Under the pieces are notes generated by a model. The model worked only from the letters and a program-made list of their open reading frames with translations, was not told the DNA's origin and ran no database searches. This document shows, piece by piece, positions 43,894-57,400 of a stretch of 64,000 nucleotides of DNA. The position numbers were made by a program, and so were the translations under genes. Source of the stretch: the human T2T-CHM13v2.0 reference genome, Homo sapiens; NCBI RefSeq assembly GCF_009914755.1, contig NC_060926.1; one strand, written 5' to 3'. The first letter of the stretch is position 1. Each line of letters begins with the position of its first letter.

Positions 43894-43996
43894 CTCTGTC
43901 TGCCTTCCTTCCTTCCTTCCTTCTCTCCTTCCCTTGATCCTTCCCTTCCTTCCTCCCTCCTTCTTTTTCTCCCTCCTTCCATCCTCCTTCCATCCT
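43894..43996. repeat. (CCTT)n-like polypyrimidine tract
   Basis: About 100 bp of nearly pure C/T. Confidence 0.9.
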
Positions 43997-44251
43997 TTGT
44001 TTCTAGCATGGATGAAGTATCTCTTTGACCTTCCCTGGCCATGGCTGGTGCTTCCCTCTTTGGTACCTTTGTCACCTTGTATGGAACCCTCTTGGTCCCC
44101 TGGGACTGCAGTCTTCAAGAGTCCAAAGGGGCCTCTCCTTCAGCTGGTCACTTATGGTCCTCCTTCAGCCTCTATCTCCAGTTGGGCCTCCACCTTTTTC
44201 TGCCAAGGTCTTTTTGAAGAAGCCCATGTGGACAGAGTCCCCTTAAAAATT

Positions 44252-44723
<472 letters not shown>

Positions 44724-44789
44724 CTAGGTGGTTATTCTTCTTGCAGTTTCCACATCTGGTACCTGCATGCCATGTGCCATACTGGACCC

Positions 44790-45110
44790 TGTGATCCCTG
44801 CCCAGATCTCCCCTTAGGAATGAAGGACACATTCCCCCAGATGCTGTTGCTCAAGGTCACAGCCTTTCCCCAAGGTCAGCCAGGAACAATGACCAATCTA
44901 TGGCAGGGGTAGAAAGGCCCCTTGACTCTGCCTTGGGACAACTCTGAAGGGCCATCCCAGCTTCAGATCCGGGCAGTGGGGGTCCACTTCTCTCTGATCC
45001 TGCTTCTTCTCCTTTCCTCCTCTGGGTGCTATCCCAAGAGCACTCTAATAAACCTTCCTCATGCTAATCTTCCCCCTCAGAGTCATCTTCCAGGAAACTC
45101 AATCTGCCAC
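44790..45110 (+). mobile_element. ERVL LTR16-type solo LTR
   Basis: TG..CA ends; aataaaccttcctcatgctaatct..ctcagagtc..ccaggaaactcaatctg 3' motif. Confidence 0.65.
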
Positions 45111-47651
45111 ACACTCCCTTGCCATGATATAGGCAAGAGGGAGTGACTTCCAAATGGAAATGTCCTCTACAATAGGCCTCTTCAGCCAGCTGCTCACCAG
45201 TGGGCAGTCTCCTGTGTTCCACAAGCTCCAGGGACAGATATCAAGCTCTGTGTGTGGTCTCAGGTAAGCCCTAGTCACTGGACTTAAGAGACAGGAGCAA
45301 GGCATGTCCTCTCTCCATGGTATGGGGAGGAAAACTGATCACAATGTTGACAACTCAATCCTAGAACTCCAACTTTGAGTCCTCTTCTGTATCAATCCAT
45401 GCACTTTCCTTGAGGTGGACAGTGGCTGGAGAAGGTACGCAAAATCATTTTCAAGGAGCTCTTGTGTTCCGCATTTTGGAAGTGGGAGTAGCTGGCATTG
45501 ATTGTCTTGGGAACTCAGTTGAAACTGAAGTAGGAAGAGTCCCATTTTAACACTTTGCTACAGGCCAAAGCAATGCCACAGAATAGGGAGGGTGTCTCTG
45601 ACTACACCCCAACCGGCCCTGTCCTCTATGCCTGTCTTAGCCAGGTGCCAGAGAAAATCGGATGCTTGGGGCCCAATGTCATCATTTTTAGTGATATAGC
45701 ACCTTCATTTCTACTCATGCCTTTTTCTAAGGTGGGGCTGGCATGTCCTTCTTATTGGCCATTCCTCCCACATGGGTGTTATTTTATCACCTCAGAGGTC
45801 ACACTCATTAGCCCGGCAGCTGGGCCAGTCCAGGCTAGGCTTCTCTGGGTCCTAGCAGTGGACATGGCTGGGACTCCAGATTTTCTGGTTGTTCACCACC
45901 ACCAAATTCTTACCACTCCTGTTGTTTAGGCTATAAGATTTTGCTCTCGATTTTCAAATTTAAAAATGTTAAGAGCATATAAATTGTACATATTTACCAA
46001 ATTAAAAATTGGGGGAGGAAAAGGAATTACCATGTCAAAAGATACCTGATTTTGGAAGCCTTAAAACGTGTGTATTCAAAATCTGGGAAATGCAGTATGT
46101 ACCCAACTGAACTATGTCCTCTTGGAGGGAAGGAAACCACCAGTGCCCTCTTCCACAGACTGATGTCTTATGCTTTCCCGGAGGCAGCAGAGCACATTGG
46201 CCCTGGACCAGTGACTCTTTCACCATTGGTTGAATGACAGTTACAAATGCACAAGTCCCTTCATAGGCAAAACTTCATTCCTAAGCCTAGCAATGGAAGA
46301 TGTTAGTCTCCAAGTCATCAGTATACAGGTGTGAGGAATGGAGAAGCTGGGGTTCTTTAAAACTGCATCCTTCTTACCAGCAAGCACTTAGGAATTCAAG
46401 GAGGAAAAAAAGTTTGACTCTTGCCTCAAAAAAAAAAAAAAAAAAAAAAAAGAAATCACAGAACTCTTTTTGAAAGATGACAAATTCTAGATTTGTGGGG
46501 TCAAAAGTCACAACATTTAAAAGAAGATACAGCACATGTCTGTGTGGAATATCTCACGACATTGGCCTAAAGCCAAACACAGGGGGCATAGTTTTCTGGA
46601 CCTGGAGTTCAGTGACAGGGAGTGTGAGTATAGATTTTGTGAAGTCACAAAAGGGGCTGGTTTCGTTTGGATGGAGTAACATGCAAGTGTGAGGGAAGGA
46701 GTGACTCAGGCAAGGCTTTTCATAGAGAAAGAGTCTCTGCCAGCTTGTCCTCTCTCCCATCTCTGCTCCTTACCTCCCCTGCTCTCTCCACCCCGAAACC
46801 AACTAAATAGCCAGACAAGGGTCAGATGGGTATTACGTGAGATAAGGCATGTGGCAGGACAGAGGCCAGTGTACTTGCATGACTCTTAAAGGCCTCTTTT
46901 GCCTCACCCTGGTCCCAACTCCAATATGTGACAATGCATTGGAAGTTGTAAGGTACTAATGAGATAGCCCATCCTTCCAAGAGCTGTTCCTGTTAGATCC
47001 CATCCATTCCAACCTAATTTCCAACTGCATCCTGGAACATACTGTTACTTCGATGGGAGTACTGAGGCCATCTTTCTTCCACCAGCCCACTGCATCCCAG
47101 GTGCCTGCTCTCTGCCAGGTTTGTAAGTTCACACTTTATCTCTATCCCATCCTCCTGAGGGCACACCCTACAAAGAAAAGAGGAAGCAAGAGAATCAGAT
47201 TTGTCCCTTGTCAAAACAAATAGGTGTTTCACTGGTGCCACAGCTTTTGTTCCCAAACCATCCAATACAGGGTTGGGGGGCAGGTAGGGAGATTTGCTGG
47301 GAGGTGGGCAGTTTGCTCCTATTTTAAGCAGCTTGGGAGCTTTGCCTACCGGTGTCCTCTGCTGCCCTCTGTGGCCACAACATCAGTGTCTCTAAAGACA
47401 CCCCTCTGAATCCGGGGACCCAGCTCCCCATCCCCCACTCACTGCCCCAGCATCACCTTTCAAAGTTTTTCTCCTCTAGTTCTCCACAGGCTCTAAAAAG
47501 TAAAATTGGATGCACCCTAGCCACAGCCTGCATCTGGTTTACACTCTCAGCTCCTTCCTGCAAAGGTTATTGAGCTGAGTCCTGGAAGAAATCTCAGGCC
47601 ACCCGGCTCTGCTCTAAGCAAGGCTGGGTGCAACCCTTTTGAGAGTTATTA

Positions 47652-48035
<384 letters not shown>

Positions 48036-48094
48036 TCACTTATAGGGTGCAGTCTGGCCAAGAGGAAGGAGCTATATAACATGGTTGATGGAAT

Positions 48095-48310
48095 TTCTAA
48101 CATTTAAGCTCAGGGGTACATGTGCAGGATGTGCAGGTTTGTTACATAGGTAAATGTGTACCATGGTGGTCCACTGCACAGATCATCCCATCACCTAGGT
48201 ATTAAGCCCAGCATCCGTTAGCTATTGTTCCTGATGCTCTCCCTCCTCCCACCCCTCACCCTCTGACACGCCCCAGTCTGTGCTGTTCCTCCCATGTGTC
48301 CATGTCTTCT
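48095..48310 (-). mobile_element. L1PA (older primate) 3'UTR fragment
   Basis: ggggtacatgtgcaggatgtgcaggtttgttacataggtaaa..cacctaggtattaagcccagcat. Confidence 0.88.
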
Positions 48311-48758
48311 TAGGTTGATGTGGTCTTGAGTGACCCCTCCTTGCCTTTCCTCTTTAAAAACAAGATCTAAAAGGCTATGTTCTCTATGGGTTGGAGGTGT
48401 TGCCTCGATCTGTCAAGCACAGTCCAGGACTCAGAGGCTGTTGTGGTGAACTACTGTAGGCACCTGGAAGCCACCAAGGTGCCCTTTTCCCGCACTCTAG
48501 TCCCAAGTGAGGGAAATAAGCCTATGGTTAAGGGAGAACTATCTACCAATTTGAACTCATTAAAATACATAAATGTGTCCACTAGAAATGGCTGGCTGGA
48601 GAAGCCTAGTACCAAATCACCCCGTTCCTGAAACCCACCAGCCCCATGAAATAGTTCGCTAGAGAGAGATTTGCAATCTTTGAATTCGTTGACTATCAAC
48701 CTGTATAGGTGCTCCGTGCCCCGAGATCTGAGAAAATGACAAAATACGTCTACTTCCC

Positions 48759-49048
48759 GGCCGGGCACAGTGACTCACGCCTGTAATCCCAATACTTTGA
48801 GAGGCCAAGTTGGGCAGATCACTTGAGGTCAGGAGTTTGAGACCAGCCTGGCCAACATGGTAAAACTCCCGTCTCTACTAAAAATACAAAAATTAGCTGA
48901 GGGTGGTGGTGGGCGCCTTTAATTCCAGTTACTCCGGAGGCTGAGCCACAAGAATCGCGGGAAGCGGAGGTTGCAGTGAGTCGAGATGGGGCCACAGCAC
49001 TCCAGCCTGGGCGACAGAGTGGGACTCAGTCTCAAAAAAAAAAAAAAA
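48759..49048 (+). mobile_element. AluS, full length
   Basis: ggccgggcacagtgactcacgcctgtaatccc ... A tail. Confidence 0.93.
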
Positions 49049-50179
49049 GTATTTCCCAATTCTTCGTCAGTTTTTGCCCTCTCCCCACTTCGCCTTCTCC
49101 AGGCTCCTGAAAAGTATCTCCCCCAACCCTTTCTGTGTACACGGGGAAAACACGTGTTCATTTTTATTATGGCGCTGAAACCTACCCTTCTCTTCAAATC
49201 GCTTCTGTAGATCGTTCTAGTATAAAATGTGGCAAGAGGCTAAAGGGAGAGATATAGACCAGTTCTTTGGCCCTCGCTTTCCAACTTCAAGTTACACCTG
49301 TGAAACTCATGGGTCCTTCCACAGCCTTCAAAAACTAAGGGCGTCCCCTGTCCTCTCCCCAGATGTCCCTTCCCCATCGCCGGTAGCGAGTGGGAGACAG
49401 CTCAGCGCGGGGCAGGGGAGCACTGGGCCCGGAGATGGAAGGCAGCGTCAAAAGCGCCGCTGGAAAATCCCTGAGCGCTAACCGTTGCCTGTGTGAGCCC
49501 TTAAATCTACAAATTTCCAACACCTGTAGCCTTTGGGTTTCCCAGGACTTCCATCGACCCTGGCGGCAGAGAGGGCAGGCCTGAGATGCAGTGACTTGAG
49601 GGCACATGGCCAACTCTTGTCACTCCAAGATCACACTGGGGAACCAGACTGACTTCTCCAATTCTGAACTCGCCCCGGCCTCGGGCGGCTCAAAGGGCCT
49701 CCTCTGCCGCATCCCCGCCAAAACCAAACCGCCTGGCACAAGCCGGTAAGCAACCACCCTGCTGGGAGAGGGAAGGAAGAGTAGGCGCAGCCCTAGATCA
49801 ATTTCCTTGCACTGCTTCTCCCAGACGGTCAAGTCAGCTGCGTCCCACCGAAAAGGGCGCATCGCCCACGCCCGAAACGCAGCCGCTGGGGGCCGAGAAA
49901 TTATCCCCACCTGGCCCGAGGGCCAGGGACGCAGGAGCGCAGCAGCGTGGAGGGGCTCCGCGCTGGCCCGGCGCTGCCCGCGGTCCTGCCCTCGTTCCAA
50001 GGGCACGGCGCCGGTACGAGGACACCGACGCTGTGGCGCAACTGCCGTCCCCCGCAGCAATCCCGGAGCCCGGCTCCCGGCCGCCCCTCGGCCCTGCGCA
50101 GGCTGCCTCTCCCCGACGCGGAGTCCCACCCCGCTACCCGCCGCCCAGACGACCTCATAAACAAGTCCTCGAAGTGCGG

Positions 50180-50421
50180 AGGCAGGAGGCGGGGCGCAGC
50201 GCGGGGGCAGGAGGCGGGCCAGGGTCAGGGCAGAGGCTGCGGCCGCGCGTCCCCATTGGCCGGGACGCAGTGAGCCGCCCGGAGCTCGGCGCGGGCGGGG
50301 CCTGCCGGCGCGTGCCCGCCCACACACCCGCGCCGGTGCCCGCCCCCCGCCCTCCGCGCCCGCCCCGTGCCCGCCCCAAGCCGGCCGACGGAGTTTTTAA
50401 AGTGGGCTGCCGGCCGCGGGA
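50180..50421 (+). promoter_or_regulatory. EPAS1: Core promoter: GC boxes, inverted CCAAT box, TATA-like element
   Basis: Multiple GGCGGG/CCCGCC boxes; ATTGG at 50255-50259; TTTTTAAA at 50394-50401, ~21-28 nt before the recalled mRNA start GCTTTACAC. Confidence 0.75.
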
Positions 50422-50493
50422 GCTTTACACTCGCGAGCGGACCGCCACACGGGTCCGGTGCCCGCTGCGCTTCCGCCCCAGCGCTCCTGAGGC

Positions 50494-50533
50494 GGCCGTA
50501 CAATCCTCGGCAGTGTCCTGAGACTGTATGGTC
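50494..50533 (+). promoter_or_regulatory. EPAS1: Iron-responsive element (5'UTR IRE)
   Basis: CAGUGU loop at 50511-50516, upper stem CUCGG/CC(U)GAG with a 3' U bulge, unpaired C at 50505, lower stem GGCCGUACAAU/ACUGUAUGGUC; the known IRP-bound HIF-2alpha IRE. Confidence 0.96.
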
Positions 50534-50674
50534 AGCTCAGCCCGGCCTCCGACTCCTTCCGACTCCCAGCATTCGAGCCACTTTTTTTTTTCTTTGAAAA
50601 CTCAGAAAAGTGACTCCTTTTCCAGGGAAAAAGGAACTTGGGTTCCCTTCTCTCCGTCCTCTTTTCGGGTCTGA
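50528..50674 (+). other. Upstream ORF, 48 aa
   Basis: ATG 50528 to TGA 50672-50674: MVSSARPPTPSDSQHSSHFFFSLKTQKSDSFSREKGTWVPFSPSSFRV. Translation is unproven. Confidence 0.55.
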
Positions 50675-50931
50675 CAGCCTCCACCCACTCCTTCCCCGGA
50701 CCCCGCCTCCGCGCGCAGGTTCCTCCCAGTCACCTTTCTCCACCCCCGCCCCCGCACCTAGCCCGCCGCGCGCCACCTTCCACCTGACTGCGCGGGGCGC
50801 TCGGGACCTGCGCGCACCTCGGACCTTCACCACCCGCCCGGGCCGCGGGGAGCGGACGAGGGCCACAGCCCCCCACCCGCCAGGGAGCCCAGGTGCTCGG
50901 CGTCTGAACGTCTCAAAGGGCCACAGCGACA

Positions 50932-50957
50932 ATGACAGCTGACAAGGAGAAGAAAAG
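50932..50957 (+). CDS. EPAS1: Endothelial PAS domain protein 1 / HIF-2alpha, first coding exon (partial CDS)
   Basis: ATG ACA GCT GAC AAG GAG AAG AAA AG|gtaagc = MTADKEKKR, the HIF-2alpha N-terminus; phase-2 intron; supported by the IRE and CpG island. Confidence 0.97.
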
Positions 50958-53900
50958 GTAAGCGGGCGTCCGGGCCGATCAGGGGGCCGGTCCGAGGCCA
51001 GGGCCGGGCTGCGCGGGGCAGGCGCGACCGAGAGTGGTTGGGAGAAGAGTGCTGAGAGGTCTTCGGAGCTCGAGGCTCGGTTTGGAGGGCTGTGAGGGGG
51101 AGAGCATGTGCCCGGTTTGGGGGCGCGGATCAGCAGCTTTGCAGTGGAGACTTCTGCGGCTCGGAGGAGTCGGGGATTTGCGCGCACGGCGAGGCCAGGA
51201 GGCCGAGGGAGATGGCCTGGAGGTCGGAGGTGCTTCCGCGGTGCCTTTGAAAATCTCCCAGCCGCCCCGCAGCAGATTACCGTGGCCACCGGCGCTTGGA
51301 AATGTTTGTGGGTGCATGTCCTCGACTTTCTCTGGTCTCTCATTTTGGGGCAGCATCCACGTCTCTATTTTTCTCTGGATTCGCGGAGTCCTTCCAAATG
51401 CGCTCCTGTGCCCGCGCCGCGGCCCAAGTGGGCAAAGGGGGGCGGGAGGCGGAGAGCGGCTCAGGGACACGATCCTACCGAGGAGCCAGGACCCTTCAGA
51501 GCGCCCCGCTGCCGGGCTCCAGACCCCACCGAAGGTTGGAGAACCCACTTCCTCGTGCCGCACCTTGACTCTGGGGAGAGTAGGTAGTGAGTGACCTGGA
51601 TTGCCCTGCGGGGGCAGATGGTTCGGTGTGTAGGAAGCGGACGGCAACACTGGATGTCCCTGGCAGGTCCGGGTGTCTGTCTCCGAAGAGGACAGAGAAG
51701 GGCAGCCACGATCTGCCCGCCTGCCCTCGCGAGCCTCTCGGCACTGGGTGAGAGGCAACTCTGGCCATTTCTTGCTGCCCTCTCGCCCTCTCCCGGCCGC
51801 TCCCAGTCCAGCCGGGCCCGGCGCTACCCGAGCGAGGGTTCGAGCCCTCTGCGCGGCCGCGCAGAAGCAGGCAGGGCCTCAACTTCTGCAAATGTGTGCG
51901 GCTCGCCGCCTGTCCCCTTTCTCCTCCTGTCTCCACCCGTGCGGCCCCAGTGGCCTGGAGCTTCCAGCCCCGCGCTTGGCCGCGGCTTGGCGAGGCTATG
52001 CTGCGGGAAGCTGGAATCCAACGCGCGGCCGGCTGAACCGCCTGAGCCGCGGGAAACCAGCGGCGGAGCGGCGGTATAGAGGTGCGAGGATGAGGAGGAC
52101 CGACTCGCTAAGGGAGGGAGGTGACTGGCCGGGAGGGCTCACTGCCGAGGTTGATTTGCTCTTGTTCCAACTTCCACTACGGGACTGGAGCCAGAAACCG
52201 TGTATCCTCCGGTCGAAAGCAGCGGTTCCCACCTCGGGGCACCGATAAGGATTTGATAAACGGGAGCGAATCGCGCCTGTCCTGGCTCGGCGCCCGGGCC
52301 CTTCACTGCGGGATCGCTAGGGGAGGGGATTGGGCCCTGCTCCCCTTTCCTGGCCGTAGTCCCCCCTTTCTCGTCACCGTCGCGCCCTCAGACCCAAGAC
52401 AAGTGAGGGAGCCCTGAGACTGCAGCCGGCACATTCCCAGGGCCCTCGGAGCAGTCCTGGGGTTCCATGTCTTTTGAAGGCAGCAGAGCAAGGAAAAGAC
52501 TCTTAAGATTCCAGTGCGTTTTGTAAAAACCAATCATAATGCTAATAATGACTGAACCATCGAAAAGCAAAGTTATAGACAGCGCCTGCAGACGCTTTCG
52601 GGTCCGGAGCCGGGGAGGGAACTTGTGTATTTTACAACTGCGATGCCTATCGGGAATGTGGCAATCGCCGAGGTGGGGCCTGACAGTAATCTTGACAAAT
52701 GTGTGAAGTGTCAGCTCCTCCTGCGCTCCTTAGCGCCGGGTTTTGTGCAGTTTTGTACCGTATATACCGAGAAACTTGGGAGCAGGGGAAAAATGATTTC
52801 GACACACCCAGCTACAGTACCTGGTTCGTTAGCGGACTGTTGGAAAGAGAGAAGAAGCGGGAATGGGAGCGGGAAGAACGTTGCGTAATTAGACTCCCAA
52901 TTATTGGCGAGAGCGGCCGCTTTAAGAACCACTGTGGGGACTGCCTGCGAAACGCCTTGGAGGCCGCTGTGTGAGCTGCGGCTCCGGGCTGGTGGCCACG
53001 CGAGGGTGTCCGCCCTCTTCGACCTGCCTGGATTTTTGTGCTGCAGAATGGCAGGGCAAACAGCGTGTCCTTCACCATCTAGAGCCCCTTAAGGGGTTGT
53101 CCAATTCCTATTGGGCTAATCAGTTTGAGACTCATTTACTTTTCGTGCCTGGGTCTGTTTGCTGGCTGCAGGCTTCTTTAGGGACCAAGATGTAATTAAA
53201 ATATGTGAACCAATACATTGAAAGTTGGTGTTGTCATGTAAGTGACTGCTGTAGCTTTTCTGAGTGCCTCACAAGGGCGATGTGACAGTGAGGGGGCTCT
53301 CTGCTGATGATTCTGCCCACTAGTTCTTACATTTTGTGTTTCTTTGGTTTAGCAGAGCAGTTTCTTCCCCCAAATGCAATATGGGCAGAACATTTGGAAT
53401 ATTCGTTCTAACAATGGCCCCTCAAGAAGTGGGCAGATGATTTTGTCCCAGAATGTTCACACGTCGATAAATATGTTAATGTTTAATAATAAAGAGTTTG
53501 CTTTCTAAATGTTAGTTGGCTGGGTGTCCTTGATAGTACCAGTTTTGGTGGTAGTGGGCATTTGCGGTGACATCACAGATGTCAGAAACTGAAGCCTGGT
53601 GGGTGGGGGTACTGCACTTTCACTCACCTTTTTGTGCACGCATCTATCAGGAATGCCTGAGTCCTTTCACTGGGAAAAAAATGTGGAAATTCTGGGATTC
53701 ACGGGGTTTGAGGAGTGGTTCAGGCAAATGTAAATGAGATCCTTGGATAATCAGGGATCAAAGTCCAGTCCCAAAGCCAGACCTAGGTCCAGACACCTTC
53801 CCAGAGTGCTTATACAGTAGTGCTCAGTACAGGGCTAGCGTGGAAGGGGAATTGGAGACACCTGGATCTCCAATCTCCCCCTCCTTCTGACAGCTGGACT

Positions 53901-54313
53901 TAGTTGTTCCTCTTCTAAAATCAAATCAAACTCCATCATTATTCCAACTCTGAAGGGAAAAAATATTGCTGGACAGTTTCTCTCAATTTAAACATATATT
54001 TTAAATAAATATTCCCTCCACACTTGATATGTTTCCATTGTATTACCAGCAGCGCAGGATGATACAGAATTGATGTAACACATTGTTGGCTTGAGTATTT
54101 AAGTTTTAATTCATACAGTTTTCATGAAGTTCAAAAGAATGCCATCATTTCAAGTTTTTTTCAGTGGTGCTTATAGGGAGCCTAGAATTATTTTATAAGA
54201 GACCATGGAAATCATCTAGTCAGACTTTTCTCTTTCTGGATAAGGAAACTGATGCCGAGAGAGGTTAAAAGACTTCTCCGGTCACAAGGAAAATTAGTGC
54301 TGATAAGAGTCAG

Positions 54314-54616
<303 letters not shown>

Positions 54617-55135
54617 GTCAGAACCCTGGTTTATTACTTTCAATTAAGTATGTATTTTCCTATTGTTCACAGGAGAGTACCCCAGCCCTGAAATATCTCT
54701 AGATAGTGAGGATGATTTCCGAAGGAGTGCCTTCCCCATCACAACTCTCAAACCGCTGAACCTTATAGAAAGGAGATTTGCTTTTCTGGATAATTATCAA
54801 CACCTTTAGGCTGCAGTAGAAGTGATGATTCTGTTTGCTTTTTGAAAAAAAAAAAAAAAGGAAGCAGAGTTGAATTGATGCTGTTCCCAGTGTCTGTAAA
54901 CTTTGAGAAGTATGAATTCATTGTTTTAGTTAGAAAAAAATCTACTTATATAGGTAGACCTCATTAAACAAAACCAATGCAAGGACCGCTCCTCAGTGGA
55001 GCAGATTGCTTTTTGAGGTAGAGAACATTCAAGCAGCTGCTAGATTGATTTTTGTACTGGGTTAGTTGGCATTTTCACTAGGAGTGAAAACTGTGAGACT
55101 AAACAGTTTAATTTACTTAGAATGTCCCTCTTTCT

Positions 55136-55138
<3 letters not shown>

Positions 55139-55169
<31 letters not shown>

Positions 55170-55189
55170 CCGTGCGTCGGGGGGGGGGG
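55139..55189. repeat. (TG)n microsatellite followed by a G run
   Basis: About (TG)15 then a G11 run. Confidence 0.92.
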
Positions 55190-55809
55190 CAGTGGTGATT
55201 CTCAACTTTCTAGGAATTTATTAAGTAAAGTGTTTAGAAATGGAAGGAAACAATTAGATAATTCTCAGTGCTCCAGGATTTTAGGCTCCTACATTTGAAA
55301 ATACTTGCTGTCATTAATTGTCTTGAGATTTAGGCTTTTCCACTTTTCAGGAAATCTAGTAGTTTTTTGGGGGTTTTGTTTTGTTTTCCTTGGTTCTGCC
55401 CTATGCCAACCTGCTAGTTTCCCTTTTTATTTTAGCCTGATGAATCTTCCCTTTTGCTTTCAGTACTAACCATTGCTGGTAGTTCTTAACAGGTCTAGCT
55501 TTTACCAATATTGTCAAGTTAGCAATATTAGCTCCTGGGGCCCTAGTACTCTGTACTTCCACCCCTCTCCCCACCAGTACCATGCTGCCTGTTCACATGA
55601 TGGACACCAGCTCTGATATTCACCCTAAGATATAATCCATAAGATGACAAACTTGTATTCAACACCGACTCCTACTCTGGCTAAAATGCTGAAGAGAATA
55701 CTAAGAAATAGGGGATATGGTCCTGGTCATCAAGTTGCTTAGTCTGATTAGGAAAAAAAAAAAAAAAAAAAAAAAAGAGATACAAGGAAGCTTAAGTAAA
55801 AATATAAGG

Positions 55810-56243
<434 letters not shown>

Positions 56244-57209
56244 TTAAGAGTATTATGTGTATTTAGAGGTGGAGAAATTTGTTCCTAGTGTCCCCGGAAC
56301 CACACAGAGTAGGTGCTGACCACCAGCTTAAAGACTGGCTCAGAAGGAAGGTCAAATGGGAGAAGGCAGTCTTTGAGGGCTAACGAGAGGAAAGAAAACA
56401 CACAAGGCTCCCTATGGTGTATCCCTTATCATGTACTTCGACACCATACACAGGAAGGCCCCTGAAATGGAATGTTTGCTGTTCTTTATACACTTGCTTT
56501 GGGTGGGGACATGGAAAGGGAGCTGGTGGGGCTCCACAGACAACAGGGGTAGTAATTTCTGTTCCCCTGAGAATATCAGTGGAGACACCTATGACTCCAG
56601 GAAGGCCAAGAAGGGAGAGGGAGCTTCTTAACCAGGCTTTGTGAATGGGTTTCAGAGGCTGGCGTGTAAATCTCTGAAAATGTGTGCAAGACATTATGTA
56701 TAGAAGCAACTTGTTCTAAAGGAAGTCTGTTCAGCTCTCCATAGCCTTTCAAAGGTTCTAGGATATGGAAAAGGCAAGCCCTTGCTCTTGGATGTCTGAT
56801 TTGGTGACTGTCTTATGTTTCAGAGTCTTCCTGTTCAGATCCCAGACAGTTCTTGTGTTTTACTGCCATTGCCTCTCCCTGTGGTGAAGAATGGGGAGGA
56901 GGAAGGTGTGTGTATTTAGTAAAGGTTCTGAGGTGCCGCTTAATCTTCCCTGTCCCTGGCTGGCGTGTCCGTCCACCTACATGTCTGCCCTCAGTCTTGG
57001 AAGGACGGGAAGCCAAGTGCCCTGCACAGGGTAAATACTGGTATGATTCATTTTATTAATGCTTCTGAAAAATGACTGTGAAAACAAATTTATCCTCAAA
57101 TGTTCCATCATCCTCAAACAGTTATTTGGATGACCTTCATGTTCTAGGAATGTATGTGGTCTTAATAGAAATTATATTTTGCATCAGGACAACACAAAAA
57201 ACTGACAGT

Positions 57210-57400
57210 CTTATTTGTGCCAGTGCCGTCCTCAGAACTTTACATGGATTAACTTTTTAATCCTGTGAGATAAGCCCTGTTATTATCCCCACTTCATTGA
57301 TGGGAAAGCTGAAGTCTAGAAGGGCTAACTGCCCAAGGTCGTATAGGTAGCATGGGCAGAGCTGCATTCAACCTGAGTAAAGGAGGTCCCCAGAGTCTAT
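57210..57400. mobile_element. MIR
   Basis: tgttattatcccc..gggaaagctgaag..tgcccaaggtc. Confidence 0.65.

Larger units (their letters stand above)
50422..50957 (+). other. EPAS1: EPAS1 exon 1 (~510-nt 5'UTR plus 26 coding nt)
   Basis: Matches the recalled mRNA 5' end GCTTTACACTCGCGAGCGGACC; ends at donor AAG/GTAAGC. The exact TSS is from memory. Confidence 0.9.
49350..53030. promoter_or_regulatory. EPAS1: EPAS1 promoter CpG island
   Basis: Very high GC and CpG density spanning the promoter, exon 1 and the start of intron 1. Confidence 0.93.

Noticed and set aside
45690-45870. Minus-strand ATGTCCACTGC and GGTGCTATATCACT resembling the PAH 5' CDS
   Set aside because: Only short word matches; the translation does not follow PAH.
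46427-46452. Isolated poly(A) runs (also 55753-55776) as retrocopy tails
   Set aside because: No identifiable retroposed body or clear TSD.
49620-52420. Long overlapping ORFs (up to 268 aa) on both strands
   Set aside because: Low-complexity Arg/Pro/Gly/Ala products expected from stop-codon scarcity in a CpG island; mostly non-ATG starts and no recognisable domains.
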